Assembly: GCA_030704615.1 (NCBI GenBank)
Contig: CM060733.1
Span: forward strand, 3,038,001-3,102,000
Source of the DNA: Takakia lepidozioides
Lineage: Eukaryota > Plantae > Bryophyta
Direction of reading: 5' to 3'
DNA: 64,000 nt
This document shows, in pieces, positions 62,145 through 64,000 of the stretch. The position numbers were made by a program, and so were the translations under genes. The notes below the pieces were generated by a model. That model saw only the letters and a list, made by a program, of their open reading frames with translations. It was not told the DNA's origin and made no database searches. Within the stretch, counting starts at the first letter, position 1. Every line of letters begins with the position of its first letter.

Positions 62145-64000
62145 TCTCTCTCCCTTTCTCTCCCTCTGGACACTGGGCTTATGGAATTGTTGTCCCGACT
62201 TCCATTTTTGAGGAAATTGAAAAACAAACTGCAAAATTGGGTTGCAGGGAATTTTAGATGTTTTTTTTATCCAAAATGATTTTTTTAAATAAAAATCCTA
62301 GTGAAATATTTTCACTAAAAACTTGTGAGTTGCAAAACTCCCGTCAGTTTCTACTTCTTCAATCCAACCTGGATGAAAAAGGACTTCATCTGACAGGACC
62401 TAAATACAGGGCAAGACAGGTTTAAAAAAAAACCCCCCATGTTTTTCATCTAACCTAGATGAAATACGGACTACATCCGTTGAGTGCAAGACAGGATGAA
62501 AGCACGATGTCTTTCATCTTCCACGAATGAGAAACGGACAACGTCCGTCGGGCGGATAGACTGGCGGATGTTTTTCATCCTGAGAAGGATGAATGACGGG
62601 CCAGACAGGGGAAAACCCTGCTCAACCCTAATGTCTTTCTTTTTGCGCTGCGAGAGCGCGCGCGATGGCGGCTTGTGAGGAGCGATGGTGCTCGTGCTGC
62701 AGATACCTTGAGCTGCCAATCCTTGAGTGTTTATGGCTCCTGTGAGCGACGCCTGGGCGGGCTCTTTAAGGCGATGGAGGTGGCTTAGAGATGAGGGAAG
62801 ATTCCCTGTCTCAGTTGTCTGTTTTTTTGCTGCACAAGGGAACCGCGGCAGCGATGGCGGAAGCACCACCTGCATGCCTATGACGTTTCCCTAAGAGCCC
62901 TCCTCTGGATCTTTGATGAATGGCGGCACAAGGAAGTCTCTCTCCCTCCCTTTATAAACCCTACCTTTTGAGACCAAGCTTTTTTCTTGTGCTTGGCAAG
63001 ACCTTGCTTTGGTTAAGGTAGCAGTGTTGTGGTGCTGGCGGAGTCCTCCCTGCACGGTTAGGCTTGTGGAGAGATGACGACTCTCCCCCAAACAGTAAAA
63101 AAGGTTTTTTTTCTGTTGGTTTTGCTTCCTTGCTTGCTTTGGCATTCTCTGCGCTTAGATTGAAGTGTATTTGACCTCGATAGCAAGTGTGGAAGCGTGC
63201 TACTTACCTCGTGCATCCTCACTAACTCACAATGCGTTGTGGTTGTTTTTGGGACGGGCACAGGTGAGGGCTTCCACTTAATATTCTGATGTCTAGGTGT
63301 TGCTAGATGCCAAGTGGGATTGCAGAGGAAGGAATCGTTTGCCAGGGATTCATCCTAAAATGTTGAAAAAACTAAACTACTCTATGGTTTTTCTTCATCC
63401 TGCCTCTTTCTTTCCTTGATTTTTGAAGAACAAGTGTAATACTTTCTACGATGGGCTAGTTCGGCCCAGCCAGTGCAAAACCTCTGTTATGATGTGACAA
63501 CCGGGTTTATGATGGCTTGTGTGAGAGACACACATCTGTTTTCCAGGCCCTAGATTGCTTTGCTTACCTTATGGTAGTTGGAAACAAATTGAGAGGCTGC
63601 AAGGAACTGTTTGCTGCAGCTACTCGGGTACCTATGTTGGTAAAAGACCCCTGTTATGTTCCAACCCATATGGCTTTGCTAGCTAGATGCTTAGGCCAGG
63701 GTATGGTGAAGTTTCTGCCTGTGGCTATTCGACTGACACTGAAATATGGCAGTAATATAAATGGTAACTGGGTTTTGAGGCAGCCAGGGTGGTCAAGTTG
63801 AAATACCCCCTGGACATGGTGTAATGACATGGTCAAATGTGGAATGATGTGAAGGGTGTACTGACAGTACCATATACTGTCACAGGATGTGTATGCAGTC
63901 CTTTATATTTACCTTGCTTTGTCATAAGCTTTTGATTTTCAGCTGTAGCAAGAAATAAAGGTATAGGGGTGTTCTGGAAAACTTACCAGACATATCCACA
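62145..64000 (+). repeat. Copy of the 19025-21435 repeat (runs off the window)
   Basis: Collinear high identity with 19025-20891. Confidence 0.88.

Overview
Eukaryotic, entirely transposon-derived window with no recognisable host gene. The Ty3/gypsy lineage and spliceosomal introns suggest a non-seed plant or other streptophyte (inference). Contents in order: (1) a decayed Penelope-like (PLE) RT element (~290-18798) interrupted by a TG..CA insertion (2451-4604) and by a young full-length Ty3/gypsy element E1 (5049-18739, TSD TACGC); (2) a second full-length copy E2 (22529-35520, TSD ACCAC); (3) a pol-deleted, three-LTR aberrant copy E3 whose last LTR is inverted, all inside one TSD (37989-46851, ACAAT). 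This LTR family has an extra 5' ORF starting inside the LTR, a very large sense 3' ORF, and CACAG arrays in the LTRs and internally. (4) After a 500-N gap is the most unusual region (~48.4-59.9 kb). A MULE-like DDE transposase (GCM-like Zn domain, SWIM finger) lies divergent from a multi-exon gene that fuses a ParB/Srx-like domain to a beta-class N4C/N6A DNA-methyltransferase fold. Between them is an array of about 30 copies of a 22-bp palindrome spaced 53 bp apart, and the same palindrome recurs in three introns of the MTase gene and downstream of the transposase. (5) LINE 3' fragments, fold-back junctions and a dispersed ~2.4-kb repeat fill the rest. All domain calls are by-eye motif recognition; no searches were run.
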